Part shown: piece after piece, positions 1 to 10,020 of the stretch
Layout of the letters: every line of letters starts with the position of its first letter
How positions within the stretch are numbered: position 1 is the stretch's first letter
Assembly (NCBI GenBank): GCA_041653055.1
Contig: JBAZGD010000002.1
Span: forward strand, 13,751-77,750
Length of the DNA stretch: 64,000 nt
Direction: 5' to 3'
From: Candidatus Omnitrophota bacterium
GTDB taxonomy: Bacteria > Omnitrophota > Gorgyraeia > Gygaellales > Profunditerraquicolaceae
Program-made: the position numbers and the translations under genes
Notes under the pieces: generated by a model
What the model was told of the DNA's origin: nothing
The model's input: the letters and a program-made list of their open reading frames with translations, nothing else
Databases searched by the model: none

Positions 1-279
1 GAGGGTATCAGCCTTAATCAGGGAAACTATCTTGGCAAAGGCAAGCGAGGGATTGTCAGTGCGGATAACTGCCTTACTGGTTTCTAATTTATCCCTGGAT
101 GTTATGACCGCGGAGGCAGCAGTTGAATCAAGCAACGGATAATATTTAGGATTAGATAAAAAGGTAATATCCCCGGCCTCTGACTCTTTTATGCCGTTTG
201 CGCCGGTTATAACAATACTATCATCGCCTACAACCTCACCCTTAATAAGCAAAGCAATTTCTTTTAAGGTCTTACGCAT
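1..279 (-). CDS. lpxD: UDP-3-O-acylglucosamine N-acyltransferase, N-terminal part (gene runs off window start)
   Basis: Reverse-strand translation from ATG at 277-279 gives MRKTLKEIALLIKGEVVGDDSIVITGANGIKESEAGDITFLSNPKYYPLLDSTAASAVI..., which matches the LpxD N-terminal domain (…ITFLSNPKY…ASAVI…). The skp-bamA neighbours give the classic bamA-skp-lpxD order. Confidence 0.6.
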   Translation of the reverse strand, partial: MRKTLKEIALLIKGEVVGDDSIVITGANGIKESEAGDITFLSNPKYYPLLDSTAASAVITSRDKLETSKAVIRTDNPSLAFAKIVSLIKADTL

Positions 280-292
280 TATATTCCGAAGA

Positions 293-793
293 CTACCTCT
301 TTTTGTTTAATATCGCGATAATGTCATCCGTAATATCCATACTCTTAGTCTGATAGACTAAAACACGGTCGTTAAATACAAAGGTGATCCCGGATTTCTC
401 GGAATATGATTTAACGGCATCCTGTATATCCTTAAGGATCTCCTTCATCTTCTCCTCTTGTTGCTTACGCAAATCTTCTTCCTTCTGGGTCACAAAATCC
501 TTAAGTACCTTTGCCTTTGATTCAAGCTCGCCCTTCTTGGCCTCTTTTTCTTTATCGCTTAAAAGCGCAAATTTATCCTTTAATGCATTAAATTCTCCGA
601 CCTTCTTGTCTCTTTCGCTAACATAACTGTTTTCTTGATCAGTTAATTTCTTATCGTAATCTTTTGTTTTATTATACTCACTGAAGGACCGGCTTAAATC
701 AATATAAGCAAGCTTATCCTGGGCATACACCGAATTGGTTACGATAAACATCCCCAACAATGCCGCTGCTAAAACCAAAACTAACTTCCTCAT
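293..793 (-). CDS. skp: periplasmic chaperone Skp/OmpH
   Basis: 166 aa with an N-terminal signal peptide (MRKLVLVLAAALLGMFIV…AQ). K/E-rich coiled-coil composition typical of OmpH. Immediately downstream of bamA. Confidence 0.8.
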   Translation of the reverse strand: MRKLVLVLAAALLGMFIVTNSVYAQDKLAYIDLSRSFSEYNKTKDYDKKLTDQENSYVSERDKKVGEFNALKDKFALLSDKEKEAKKGELESKAKVLKDFVTQKEEDLRKQQEEKMKEILKDIQDAVKSYSEKSGITFVFNDRVLVYQTKSMDITDDIIAILNKKR

Positions 794-827
794 TTTGTAT
801 CCTCCTTTTATATACTTGTTATATACT

Positions 828-3182
828 TTAGAAGCTGTTACTTACGCTAAAGTGGAACCTGCCGCTGGATTTACTATCTTCTCCCGGCGCCTTATCCATA
901 GGTATGCCGTAATCAAGCATAATAGGGCCGATAGGCGTCTTAATCCTAAAACCCAGGCCAAAACTTGACTTAAGCTTTCCGGTGTTATTTGCCGTATTGC
1001 GGGAAGAACCAATATCGCCTATCTTCTCCCAAACATTTCCTACGTCATAAAACGCAGCCACCTTGAGAAATCCGAAAAGAGGATAGACATATTCGATATT
1101 TCCGATAAACATGGCATTACCGCCGAGAGGGTCTTTAGTCGTGGGGTCGTACGGGCCGATTTTTCTTTCTTCATAACCTCTGACAGTATAAGCTCCTCCG
1201 GCAAAAAACCTTTCGTATATCGGTATCTTGCTTGAATCGCCATAAGGGTCTGCCAACCCGATCCTGCCGCGAAGCTCTAAGGTAGAATTGCGCGGTAACG
1301 GAATATAATGGCTTGCCCGGCCAAAGAATTTCCAGTAGTCCTTATCCCCTCCCAAGGGCCCTCCGGCAAACTCTAAAGAACCAGAGAGAAAATCACCCTT
1401 ATGCGTATCAAAAATATTATCCCTGCTATCAAAGGTAAAGCTGGGGGTAATACTGCTTATAACATTAGACCCCTTCTCTTCCTCTAAATAAGTAGCCCCT
1501 GAAGAAATGTTGCTTATATCTATTGAGTCGAGCCTGTATACAAGGTCGCCCCTTAAATATTCGGACAACTCCTTGCCTAAACGCAGCGCGCCTCCGGTTA
1601 CCTCTTCATCATAACCATACCCCACATCGCTATCCCTTTCATGGGTACGCCTGTAGGCATCAAATCCGAATGATACCGGATAGTCAAAAAGCCACGGCTC
1701 GGTGAAGCTTAAATCAAAACCGCTGCTTATGGTTCCGATTGTAGCGCGCAGTTTCAGGTTTTGGCCTGCCCCGGTGAAATAAGGCCAATTCTTCCAGTCA
1801 AAGTTCTTTTGCTCCACCTCTACAAACCCTACAAAATCATCTACGGTACTATATCCGCCGCCGAAACTAAAAGAGCCTGTCTTGGACTCCTTGACATCAA
1901 CAATCAAATTCTTTTTATCGGGCAGGTCTGTATCTTCGGTATCGTAACTAACCTCTTCAAAATAACCCAGGTTATTAAGCCTCTCCTTGCTGCGCCTTAA
2001 TTTTTCCCCGTCAAACCTATCGCCCGGGCGCAAACGCATCTCTCTGCGTATTACAATATCTTTAGTCTTAATATTTCCCCTCACCCTGACCCTATCGACA
2101 TAGGTAATATTATTTTCAACTATATTATAAACTATATCAACCCGGCTTGTCTGGGGATTTAAAGAAACCGTTTCTTGCACAGAAGCGGAAATATACCCGC
2201 GGTCAAAATAAAGCCCCTGCACATAAGAAACATCGTAGCGCATCGCCTCTTCGCTGAAGGTCTTTCCGGTAACGCATTCCTTAAGGCGCATAAGGATCTC
2301 TTTCTCGGTTATATCCTTATTCCCCTTTACGGCCACATCACCGACTAAATACTTATTTCCTTCCGTTATATCTATGTTAATAAAAAGCAAAAAAGGTTTT
2401 TTCTCATCGGGCACCACCTCAAAGGCAACCGCAACATCAATATAACCCTCCCTGCGGTAAAACGCCTTTATGCGCTCAATATCCTCGGTAAGGACCTCAT
2501 CCTTCAGGACCCCGGCGTTGAAAAACCACGCCCTTTTAGTCTTTAAAAGTTTTAATATGCGCCCATCCTTAAAATTGTTGTTCCCCTTAATAACGATATC
2601 CTTGATACGGACCCTGCCGCCTTCTACGACATTAAAATTAATTTTAGCCTTATTGGTAGCTTCGTCGATATCCAATTTATAATCAATCTTTGCCCCGTTG
2701 TAACCTATCTTTTCATACATCTTTTGAAAAATGCGCAGGTCTTCGGCAAGGCTTGGGTAATCCAGATACTGGCCTTCTCTGGATTTTAACTGGGATTTTA
2801 ACTTTTCATCCTTTATTGTAATACGGTTAATCCCGGAAAAGGTGATCTTTTCAATAATCGGCCTCTCAACTACCGCAACGATAACCTTTACCCCCTCTTT
2901 ATATAAATGGCTGTCTATTTTAATGTCGCTAAAGAAATTTAAAAGATAAAGCCTCTTTAAGTCATCGCTGATGACATTTTCCTGATAGGGGCTTCCAATG
3001 CGGGTCTTCATCTTGGAAACGATAGTATTAGTAGATATGGCCTTATTTCCCGTTATTTCTATTGCGTTGACCGGCTTGCCTTCTTTGGAAATCTCCGCTT
3101 CTTTCTCCGCAAAAGAGAATGAGGCGGCCCAGAAGACAAAAAGAAAGGATAAGATTAAGAAGAGTGTTTTACGCATTTTCAT
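828..3182 (-). CDS. bamA: outer membrane protein assembly factor BamA (Omp85; POTRA repeats plus beta-barrel)
   Basis: About 785 aa with repeated POTRA-like segments and the C-terminal Omp85 barrel ending …RFHFSVSNSF. The ORF track extends to 3242, but the signal peptide begins at MKMRKTLFLILSFLFVFW (ATG at 3182). Confidence 0.9.
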   Translation of the reverse strand: MKMRKTLFLILSFLFVFWAASFSFAEKEAEISKEGKPVNAIEITGNKAISTNTIVSKMKTRIGSPYQENVISDDLKRLYLLNFFSDIKIDSHLYKEGVKVIVAVVERPIIEKITFSGINRITIKDEKLKSQLKSREGQYLDYPSLAEDLRIFQKMYEKIGYNGAKIDYKLDIDEATNKAKINFNVVEGGRVRIKDIVIKGNNNFKDGRILKLLKTKRAWFFNAGVLKDEVLTEDIERIKAFYRREGYIDVAVAFEVVPDEKKPFLLFINIDITEGNKYLVGDVAVKGNKDITEKEILMRLKECVTGKTFSEEAMRYDVSYVQGLYFDRGYISASVQETVSLNPQTSRVDIVYNIVENNITYVDRVRVRGNIKTKDIVIRREMRLRPGDRFDGEKLRRSKERLNNLGYFEEVSYDTEDTDLPDKKNLIVDVKESKTGSFSFGGGYSTVDDFVGFVEVEQKNFDWKNWPYFTGAGQNLKLRATIGTISSGFDLSFTEPWLFDYPVSFGFDAYRRTHERDSDVGYGYDEEVTGGALRLGKELSEYLRGDLVYRLDSIDISNISSGATYLEEEKGSNVISSITPSFTFDSRDNIFDTHKGDFLSGSLEFAGGPLGGDKDYWKFFGRASHYIPLPRNSTLELRGRIGLADPYGDSSKIPIYERFFAGGAYTVRGYEERKIGPYDPTTKDPLGGNAMFIGNIEYVYPLFGFLKVAAFYDVGNVWEKIGDIGSSRNTANNTGKLKSSFGLGFRIKTPIGPIMLDYGIPMDKAPGEDSKSSGRFHFSVSNSF

Positions 3183-3216
3183 TATTATATAAGAATTGCC
3201 GCCTTGGCGCAATAAC

Positions 3217-4554
3217 TTATTCCATTCTGGCAATATTTTCAAAACGGGTATACTCCTTGATAAAAGCCAGCCTTAAGGAGCCTACCGGGCCATTTCTCTG
3301 CTTTGCAATAATTACTTCAGCTACACCCTGGTTATCTGAAGTAGGGTTATAATATTCTTCCCTAAGGATAAGAACGACGACATCCGCATCCTGCTCAATA
3401 GCCCCGGATTCCCTCAGGTCAGACAATTGAGGGCGGTGGTCAGTCCTGGACTCTACCGCACGGGACAACTGGCTGATAGCTACAATAGGCACCCTTAATT
3501 CCCTGGCCAACGCTTTAAGCGACCGGGAAATCTCCGATATCTCCTGCTGCCTGCTCTCTACCGCGCTTGAACCCCTCATAAGCTGCATATAATCCAAGAC
3601 AATAAATTTAATATCCTGCTGCGCCTTGAGCCTGCGGGCCTTTGCCCGCAGTTCCATAACTGAAATACCGGGCGTATCGTCTATGAATATCGGCGCCTCT
3701 GATAATTTACCTGCCGCGGCAGTAAGCTTAGGCCAATCAGATGTAGCGAGGTAGCCTGTGCGCACTTTCTGGGCATCAACGCGCGCATGCGAACAAAGCA
3801 TCCTTTGGGCAAGCTGCTCCTTAGACATCTCCAGGCTAAAAACAGCAGTAGGAATCTTTTCCACAATTCCCGCATGCTCAATCATACCTAAGGCAAAAGC
3901 GCTCTTCCCCATGGAAGGCCTTCCGGCAACAACGATTAAATCCGATTCCTGAAGCCCTGCTGTCTTAATATCAAAATCTATATATCCGGTAGGTATTCCG
4001 GTAACATGGGCTTTCTTGCGATATAAGGAATCAATGGTTTCGATACTATCTGAAACAATCTCCTTAATATGCAGGTAAGAACCCTGGGCCTTCCTCTCCC
4101 TTACCTCAAAAATGAACCTTTCCGCGTTATCAACTACTTCGTCAATATTGCCTTCACTCTCGTAACAAAGCGAAATAATCTTGGTGGCATTATTAATCAG
4201 GGTCCTTAAAATACTCTTTTCTTTTACGATATGGACGTAGTGCCCGATATTAGCGGAACTGGGGACAGAATTAGCTAAGGCCGTAAGATAGCTTGCCCCG
4301 CCCACGGCATCAATTATACCTTCCCTCTTTAAGGCATCAGTCAGGGTAATAAGGTCTACTGCCTTATTGGCGCTATATAAATCTGAAATAACCTGAAATA
4401 TCCTTTGGTGGGAATCCTTGTAAAAGAAATTCCTATCCAGCTTTTCAACTGCCGTAGCAATTGCCTCTTCATCAAGGAGCATAGAGCCTAATACCGCCAT
4501 TTCGGCATCAAGGTTCTGGGGGGTAATTTTTTCTATCTGCTGATTGCCGGGCAT
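3217..4554 (-). CDS. dnaB: replicative DNA helicase DnaB
   Basis: 445 aa. N-terminal DnaB domain (LPQNLDAEMAVLGSMLLD…), Walker A GRPSMGKSAFAL, RecA-like helicase motifs. Confidence 0.9.
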   Translation of the reverse strand: MPGNQQIEKITPQNLDAEMAVLGSMLLDEEAIATAVEKLDRNFFYKDSHQRIFQVISDLYSANKAVDLITLTDALKREGIIDAVGGASYLTALANSVPSSANIGHYVHIVKEKSILRTLINNATKIISLCYESEGNIDEVVDNAERFIFEVRERKAQGSYLHIKEIVSDSIETIDSLYRKKAHVTGIPTGYIDFDIKTAGLQESDLIVVAGRPSMGKSAFALGMIEHAGIVEKIPTAVFSLEMSKEQLAQRMLCSHARVDAQKVRTGYLATSDWPKLTAAAGKLSEAPIFIDDTPGISVMELRAKARRLKAQQDIKFIVLDYMQLMRGSSAVESRQQEISEISRSLKALARELRVPIVAISQLSRAVESRTDHRPQLSDLRESGAIEQDADVVVLILREEYYNPTSDNQGVAEVIIAKQRNGPVGSLRLAFIKEYTRFENIARME

Positions 4555-4555
4555 C

Positions 4556-4999
4556 TTATTTTTTAACGACCCAAACTTTCAATTTTAAGTTTACTTCCGG
4601 ATGAAGTTTAAGCGGGACTTCATAAATACCCAAGGCCTTAATAGGCTCCTCCATGATAACACAGGCTTTCTCAACCTCAATACCTTCGCTCTTTAAGGCA
4701 GCGCAGATATCAACCTCTGAAATGCTTCCGTAAAGGCTGCCGTCTTCCTGCACAAGCACCGGGATATTAAGCGAAAATTTATCTAAACGCGACTTTAATT
4801 CTTCAGCTAATCCCTTTTCCTTCTCAATCACCAAGGCCATCTTCTCCTGATCCTGCTTTAGCCTCTTTAAATTCCCGGCATTTGCCTCTATCGCGTAGCC
4901 TTTGGGTAAAAGAAAATTACGGGCAAACCCGTCTTTTACTTTCATCAAGGCTCCAGCCTTGCCAATTTTTTCTACGTCTTTAGTAAGTATGACTTTCAT
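4556..4999 (-). CDS. rplI: 50S ribosomal protein L9
   Basis: MKVILTKDVEKIGKAGALMKVKDGFARNFLLPKGYA… is the canonical L9 N-terminus. Last gene of the rpsF-ssb-rpsR-rplI operon. Confidence 0.9.
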   Translation of the reverse strand: MKVILTKDVEKIGKAGALMKVKDGFARNFLLPKGYAIEANAGNLKRLKQDQEKMALVIEKEKGLAEELKSRLDKFSLNIPVLVQEDGSLYGSISEVDICAALKSEGIEVEKACVIMEEPIKALGIYEVPLKLHPEVNLKLKVWVVKK

Positions 5000-5020
5000 C
5001 TTATCCTCTCTTAAGCGCTT

Positions 5021-5299
5021 TTAACGCGTATAGGGTAACAAAGAAACGAATCTGGATTTGGTTATTGCCTCAGCGATAAGCCTCTGGTGCTTAGCGCAGT
5101 TGCCCGAATAACGCCGGGAGACAATCTTGCCTCTCTCGGTAATAAATGCCTCTAGCCTCTTGCCGTCCTTATAATCCAGTGATTTTACTTTATCCACGCA
5201 TAAACGGCAAAATTTCTTCCTGACCACTATATGCGCGGAGCGTTTTTTCTCTCCTAATTTACCCTTAGAGAATGCCTTTACCTTTGCTTTAACTTTCAT
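5021..5299 (-). CDS. rpsR: 30S ribosomal protein S18
   Basis: C-terminal …KKFCRLC…DYKD…[42 protein letters not shown] is the S18 signature. The ORF track extends to 5320 inside ssb, so an internal Met (5299) or later is the likelier start. Confidence 0.8.
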   Translation of the reverse strand: MKVKAKVKAFSKGKLGEKKRSAHIVVRKKFCRLCVDKVKSLDYKDGKRLEAFITERGKIVSRRYSGNCAKHQRLIAEAITKSRFVSLLPYTR

Positions 5300-5732
5300 T
5301 TGTACCAACCTCGCTTTCACCTAACCATGTTGATTCTGTTGACGGCTCACCTGATACTTCCTCTATCGCCTCTACCGGCGCAGCCTGTGTTTTTCCCTGT
5401 CCGGGGGCGCCTAGAAACTGTACCCTCTCTGCCCTAACCTCTATAACATTACGCTTAGCCCCCGTATTGTCCTCCCAGGAACGAGACTGCAGCCTTCCCT
5501 CAATAAAAACGCTGCTTCCCTTATGCAGGTACTGATTGCAAGTCTCCGCCTGCTTGTTCCATACTACGGCGGTTATAAAACAAACCTCTTCCTTCAGCTC
5601 TTGGTTTTTATCCTTATACCTGCGGTTAACCGCAAGCCTTAAATTCGCTACTGCCGCACCCGAAGGAGTATAACGAAGCTCCGGGTCCTTGGTTAAATTA
5701 CCCATCAATAAAACTTTATTATAGCTTGCCAT
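5289..5732 (-). CDS. ssb: single-stranded DNA-binding protein
   Basis: OB-fold N-terminus [39 protein letters not shown]…VVWNKQAE…[13 protein letters not shown]. The C-terminal tail is G/E/P-rich but lacks the usual DDDIPF tip. Confidence 0.85.
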   Translation of the reverse strand: MASYNKVLLMGNLTKDPELRYTPSGAAVANLRLAVNRRYKDKNQELKEEVCFITAVVWNKQAETCNQYLHKGSSVFIEGRLQSRSWEDNTGAKRNVIEVRAERVQFLGAPGQGKTQAAPVEAIEEVSGEPSTESTWLGESEVGTNES

Positions 5733-5748
5733 AAAATCTCCTATCTGG

Positions 5749-6036
5749 TTATTCTAGTTTTGAAATAAGGACCCTCAAGATACCTTCATTAAGCTTATAC
5801 GCATGCCTAATATCCTTTATTACAAGCGGATCAAGAGAAAAGTTCAAAAGGTAATAAACACCTTCCATATATTTCTTGATCGGAAAATAAAGCTTTCTCT
5901 TCTCTGACCATATAGCGCCCTGGCTAACAATCCCGTTGTGCTTTGTAACAACATCATTGAGCTGCTGAAAAAGGGTATTTTTCTCTTCTTCAGATAAATC
6001 GGGCTTAACAATAAACATTGCTTCATACTTATTCAT
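5749..6036 (-). CDS. rpsF: 30S ribosomal protein S6
   Basis: MNKYEAMFIVKPDLSEEE… is the S6 signature. First gene of the rpsF-ssb-rpsR-rplI operon. Confidence 0.9.
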   Translation of the reverse strand: MNKYEAMFIVKPDLSEEEKNTLFQQLNDVVTKHNGIVSQGAIWSEKRKLYFPIKKYMEGVYYLLNFSLDPLVIKDIRHAYKLNEGILRVLISKLE

Positions 6037-6050
6037 GCCTTACGCTCCTT

Positions 6051-6620
6051 TTATATATCCTTACGGTTAAAACTGTTCATGGCGCAATCAACGCCTTTTT
6101 CTGCCCACTCCTTACAACATCGGGCCGCCCTATCAATAATCCCCGGAAGATCGGCTCTTTCCCTGCGATTAAAACGTGACAGAACAAAATCTCTGGCATC
6201 TTTATCCGCCGGCCTGCCTATTCCTAGGCGTACGCGGTTAAAATCATTCCCCTTGAGGGCCCCTATTATAGATTCAACGCCTCTATGCCCCGCGGAAACC
6301 CCGGATGAACGGATTTTAACCCTCCCAAACTCCAGGTCTAAATCGTCATAAATTACCAAAAGACCGGAGGCTTCTACCTTGTGCCTTTTAAGCAAAAGCC
6401 TGACCGCTTCGCCGGATAAATTCATAAAAGTAAGCGGCAGGGATAAAATTACATCTAAAGAATCAAGCCTTGCTTTGGCTGATAACGCCCTGATACCTTT
6501 TTCTTTCTTCAGCGCTACCTTCTGTGTTTTAGCAAGATGCTTGACAACCTCAAAACCAATATTATGTCTTGAGCCGGCATACTGTAAGCCCGGATTGCCT
6601 AACCCTACAATAAGCTTCAC
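6051..6620 (-). CDS. pth: peptidyl-tRNA hydrolase
   Basis: MKLIVGLGNPGLQYAGSRHNIGF… is the canonical Pth N-terminus. 189 aa. Confidence 0.9.
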   Translation of the reverse strand: MKLIVGLGNPGLQYAGSRHNIGFEVVKHLAKTQKVALKKEKGIRALSAKARLDSLDVILSLPLTFMNLSGEAVRLLLKRHKVEASGLLVIYDDLDLEFGRVKIRSSGVSAGHRGVESIIGALKGNDFNRVRLGIGRPADKDARDFVLSRFNRRERADLPGIIDRAARCCKEWAEKGVDCAMNSFNRKDI

Positions 6621-7312
6621 TTCTTCTCTTTATTCTCTTTTTCTTCGGATTCTCCGCCCTCAGCAGCAACCTCTTTCTTCTCTTTGATTACCTCAGGCTC
6701 CTGGGAACCCTCTCCTTCTAAAGGCTCAGCCAAAGCTTCTTCCTTCATCGGAGCGGCGACAGAAAGAATAATTGCCTCCGGGTCATTCAATATTTCAGCT
6801 CCCGGGGGTAGAGATATATCTTTAATATGTATTGAGCCTCCTAACTTAAGGGCAGAGACATCTATCTCTATATCCTGCGGGATATTGGTAGGCAAACACT
6901 CCACCTCTATCTCCCAAAGCACATGCTCTAAGGAACCCCCTTCTAGCTTAACGCCAACAGGCTCACCCTTAGTTACAACGGGGACATTAACCTTAATCTT
7001 CTTGGTTAGAGAAATCTGGTTAAAATCTACATGCACAATATCTCCGTGGACAGGATCATGCTGAATCTCCCTTATAATGCAGGGCCGGGATTTCTGCTTT
7101 TTATCGTCCTTTATATGGACATTAATTACAACGCCTTCGATCCTGTGCTGATGGACCAACTGCACCAATTGACGGTGCGACAACTTAAGCGCCAGGGCAT
7201 CCTTACCTTCAGAATAAAGCACCGCCGGGACAAAACCCTGATCCCTTAAACCCTTAGTCTTGCCTCTTCCTATCTCTTCCCTTACCTGCGCGTCCAGAAA
7301 TAATTCATCCAT
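6617..7312 (-). CDS. rplY: 50S ribosomal protein L25 / general stress protein Ctc (long form with acidic tail)
   Basis: N-terminal L25 domain (…REEIGRGKTKGLRDQGFVPAVLY…) plus the Ctc-type beta-barrel extension and an E/K-rich tail. 4-nt overlap with pth. Confidence 0.85.
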   Translation of the reverse strand: MDELFLDAQVREEIGRGKTKGLRDQGFVPAVLYSEGKDALALKLSHRQLVQLVHQHRIEGVVINVHIKDDKKQKSRPCIIREIQHDPVHGDIVHVDFNQISLTKKIKVNVPVVTKGEPVGVKLEGGSLEHVLWEIEVECLPTNIPQDIEIDVSALKLGGSIHIKDISLPPGAEILNDPEAIILSVAAPMKEEALAEPLEGEGSQEPEVIKEKKEVAAEGGESEEKENKEKK

Positions 7313-7379
7313 AACTTTAACTCCATTTCTTTAATGTTAATCAACCCTTCGGCTTCTCTCAGATTAAATTATTATTTGC

Positions 7380-8375
7380 TCAGGGTTGATGCTGAGCAGG
7401 CGCCCTATCTTTAGAATAATTTTCCGGAGCCGTCGAAGCATCAAATAAACAGCTTATTGATTCTTCATTATGTATCCTCTTGATCGCCTCCGCCAGAAGG
7501 CTGGCTATAGTAAGAACCTTTATCCGCGGATGCTCTTTACTCTGAGATAAAGGGATGCTATCCGTAATAACCAGTTCTTTTAAGTGTTTGCAATTTTCCA
7601 AACGCTCAATAGCGTCACCCGATAAAACTCCGTGGGATATAGCGGCGTAAATATTCTTAGCCCCCGCCTTCTTTAACGCCTCTACCCCTTCAAAGAGAGA
7701 GCTGCCGGTAGCCACCAGATCATCTACCATAATCGCATTCTTGCCTTCAACGGTACCTAAAATATGCATCGCCTCAGTCTTCTCCGGAGACTCACGCCTC
7801 TTATCGATAATGGCTAAAGGGACACCTAACCTCTTGGCATAAGCACGGGCGGTTTTAATGCCGCCTACATCAGGAGAGACAGCCACCGAATTTTTTATAT
7901 CAAGGCCTTTAAAATAATCCGTAAATACCCCCACAGAGAAAAGATGATCTACCGGTATATCGAAGAAACCCTGGATCTGCCCTGCATGCAAGTCCATGGT
8001 TAATACCCTGTTAGCCCCGGCAACAGTCAAAAGGTTGGCCACCAATTTCGCGGTTATAGGCACACGGGGCTGATCTTTCCTGTCCTGGCGGGCATATCCA
8101 AAATAAGGGACCACTGCGGTAATGCGCGCGGAGGAAGCCCTCCTTAAGGCGTCCATCATAATCAAAAGCTCCATCAGGTTTTCGTTCGCCGGGGGGCAAG
8201 TAGGCTGGACTATAAATACATCTTTGCCGCGGACGTTATCATTAATCTTAACCCTTACCTCCCCTTCGCTGAACCTTGTAACCAGAGCATCAGAGAGCTT
8301 TGTCTTAAGGCATTTACAGATATCCTCTGCCAGACGCTGATGTGCATTGCCGCTGAATATCGCCAATTTATCCAT
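7380..8375 (-). CDS. prs: ribose-phosphate pyrophosphokinase (PRPP synthetase)
   Basis: …VVPYFGYARQDRK…, a DxHxxQxQGFF-like motif (DLHAGQIQGFFDIPVDHL) and the PRPP-binding loop DDLVATGSS. Confidence 0.9.
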   Translation of the reverse strand: MDKLAIFSGNAHQRLAEDICKCLKTKLSDALVTRFSEGEVRVKINDNVRGKDVFIVQPTCPPANENLMELLIMMDALRRASSARITAVVPYFGYARQDRKDQPRVPITAKLVANLLTVAGANRVLTMDLHAGQIQGFFDIPVDHLFSVGVFTDYFKGLDIKNSVAVSPDVGGIKTARAYAKRLGVPLAIIDKRRESPEKTEAMHILGTVEGKNAIMVDDLVATGSSLFEGVEALKKAGAKNIYAAISHGVLSGDAIERLENCKHLKELVITDSIPLSQSKEHPRIKVLTIASLLAEAIKRIHNEESISCLFDASTAPENYSKDRAPAQHQP

Positions 8376-8377
8376 AT

Positions 8378-9631
8378 CTATCCCTTCTTTTTTAAAATCC
8401 TCGCCGGGACCCCTACCGCAGTCTTGCCCTCTGGTATGTCCCTTATCACTACCGCGCCTGCGCCGGTTTTTGATCCTTTGCCTACTTTAACCGGAGCAAC
8501 CATAACTGTATCGGAACCGATAAAAACCTTATCTTTTATAACTGTATTATGCTTATTTAGGCCGTCGAAATTTGCAGTAACCGTACCTGCGCCGATATTA
8601 ACGGAATTTCCCACCCTGCTGTCTGCTATATAACAAAAATGCTTGGCAAAGGTATTTTTACCGATTTTAGCGCGGGTAATCTCCAGGAAATTACCGAGGG
8701 TTACATCGTCAAGTATACGCGCCCCATCCCTTAAGCGCGCGAAGGGGCCCACAGAACAACGTTTTCCGATTTTAACATCACTTTCAATAACTGTAAAGGG
8801 ATAAATAACCGAATCCCGGCCTATCCTGGCCCCGTAATTTATGAAGGTAGAACCCGGGTCGATTATGGAAACACCCTTAAGCATAAAATCTTCGTTTATC
8901 TTTGACTGCATTAAAAGATTTGCCTTAGCTAACTCTACTCTCGAGTTTATCCCCATAGCCTCGTTTACATCTTCGATCTTCACCCCTTCAATAAGCCCGC
9001 CCCGGGAATAAAGTATCTTAATGACATCGGTAAGGTAATACTCTTTCTTTTTGTTATCCGCCCTGACCTTGCCCAATGCCGCCTCCAGGCTCTTCTTATT
9101 AAAACACATAATCCCGGTATTGATCTCTTTAATATCCTTATCAAAATCATCCGCTTCTTTTTCTTCTACTATCCCGCAAACAGACGAATATTTATCGCGT
9201 AAGACCCTTCCGTAACCTTTGGGTTTTTTCAAATCCGCGGTCAGACAAGTTACATCGGCATTATTTTCAAGATGGCGTTTAATAAGGCCCTTAACCGTCT
9301 CCTTCTTCAATAAAGGGACATCACCATAAAGAATCACTACCGCGCCATTAAACCCTTTCAGCTCTTTCAGGGACACCTTAACCGCATCCGCAGTCCCGGC
9401 GAGCCTCTTTTGGAGGGCAACCTTGACCCCGGCAGGGACTTCTTCTCTGACCAGCTGATGCTTGTGGCCTAATACGGCAACTATACGCTTAGGATTCAAG
9501 GAAAACGCTAAATCCACCACATAGCCTAACATAGGCCGGCCGCAGACCTTATGCATCACCTTGGGGATAGAGGATTTCATCCTTACCCCCTTGCCCGCTG
9601 CCAGAATTATGATTGCTAATTTTTTATCCAT
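8378..9631 (-). CDS. glmU: bifunctional UDP-GlcNAc pyrophosphorylase / GlcN-1-P N-acetyltransferase GlmU
   Basis: N-terminal nucleotidyltransferase motif LAAGKGVRMKSSIPKV. C-terminal left-handed beta-helix hexapeptide repeats (…NIGAGTVTANFDG…). Sits in the glmU-prs-ctc-pth synteny. Confidence 0.85.
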   Translation of the reverse strand: MDKKLAIIILAAGKGVRMKSSIPKVMHKVCGRPMLGYVVDLAFSLNPKRIVAVLGHKHQLVREEVPAGVKVALQKRLAGTADAVKVSLKELKGFNGAVVILYGDVPLLKKETVKGLIKRHLENNADVTCLTADLKKPKGYGRVLRDKYSSVCGIVEEKEADDFDKDIKEINTGIMCFNKKSLEAALGKVRADNKKKEYYLTDVIKILYSRGGLIEGVKIEDVNEAMGINSRVELAKANLLMQSKINEDFMLKGVSIIDPGSTFINYGARIGRDSVIYPFTVIESDVKIGKRCSVGPFARLRDGARILDDVTLGNFLEITRAKIGKNTFAKHFCYIADSRVGNSVNIGAGTVTANFDGLNKHNTVIKDKVFIGSDTVMVAPVKVGKGSKTGAGAVVIRDIPEGKTAVGVPARILKKKG

Positions 9632-9842
9632 TTTTTATTGGTTACCCTTTATGTACGATTTTAAAACTTGGCTTTACTCAAAATAATCAGAAAAACTAAC
9701 AAAAGATTGGTTCTATGTATCTTTGACCACTCCCGCAATCCCTACGCACAACCAATCCTGATTCTAAAGGCATTCGTAATTTATATACTACCCTAAAAGG
9801 GAAACCCTCGCAAATAGTTTATTTACAAGGACTTCCTCAAGT

Positions 9843-9916
9843 TGGTTGGGACGTGTGGATTCGAACCACAATAGCGAGACCCAAATTCTCGTGTCCTACC
9901 ATTGGACGACATCCCA
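9843..9916 (-). tRNA. tRNA-Gln (anticodon UUG), CCA encoded
   Basis: The reverse complement folds as a cloverleaf: acceptor TGGGATG/CGTCCCA (U1-A72, typical of bacterial tRNA-Gln), D-arm GTCC-AATGGTA-GGAC, anticodon arm CGAGA-ATTTGGG-TCTCG (anticodon TTG), T-arm TGTGG-TTCGAAT-CCACA, then A-CCA. The plus-strand ORF 9846..10091 overlapping it is spurious. Confidence 0.8.
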
Positions 9917-10020
9917 ATTTCTACTTTTATTAATTCGCCAAGGAGGGAAATGGCCTCACAAAATCCATTTCTTCAATAAATTTACGCACTTCGATTTTAT
10001 TTGCCAACCTTACTTAAGAA

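Noticed and set aside
384-626. Numerous 60-130-aa ORFs antisense to or nested within the annotated genes (e.g. 384..626, 6379..6687, 15327..15743, 18065..18442, 34944..35462, 56452..56841)
   Set aside because: All lie inside strongly supported CDSs on the opposite strand or in alternative frames. Their products are low-complexity (Ser/Pro/Leu-rich) without motifs, which is typical of shadow ORFs.
3183-3242. N-terminal 20-codon extension of bamA in the track (MKILPEWNKLLRQGGNSYII…)
   Set aside because: The signal peptide begins at the internal MKMRKTLFLILSF…. The extension has no SD and would place a charged, non-signal segment in front of the leader.
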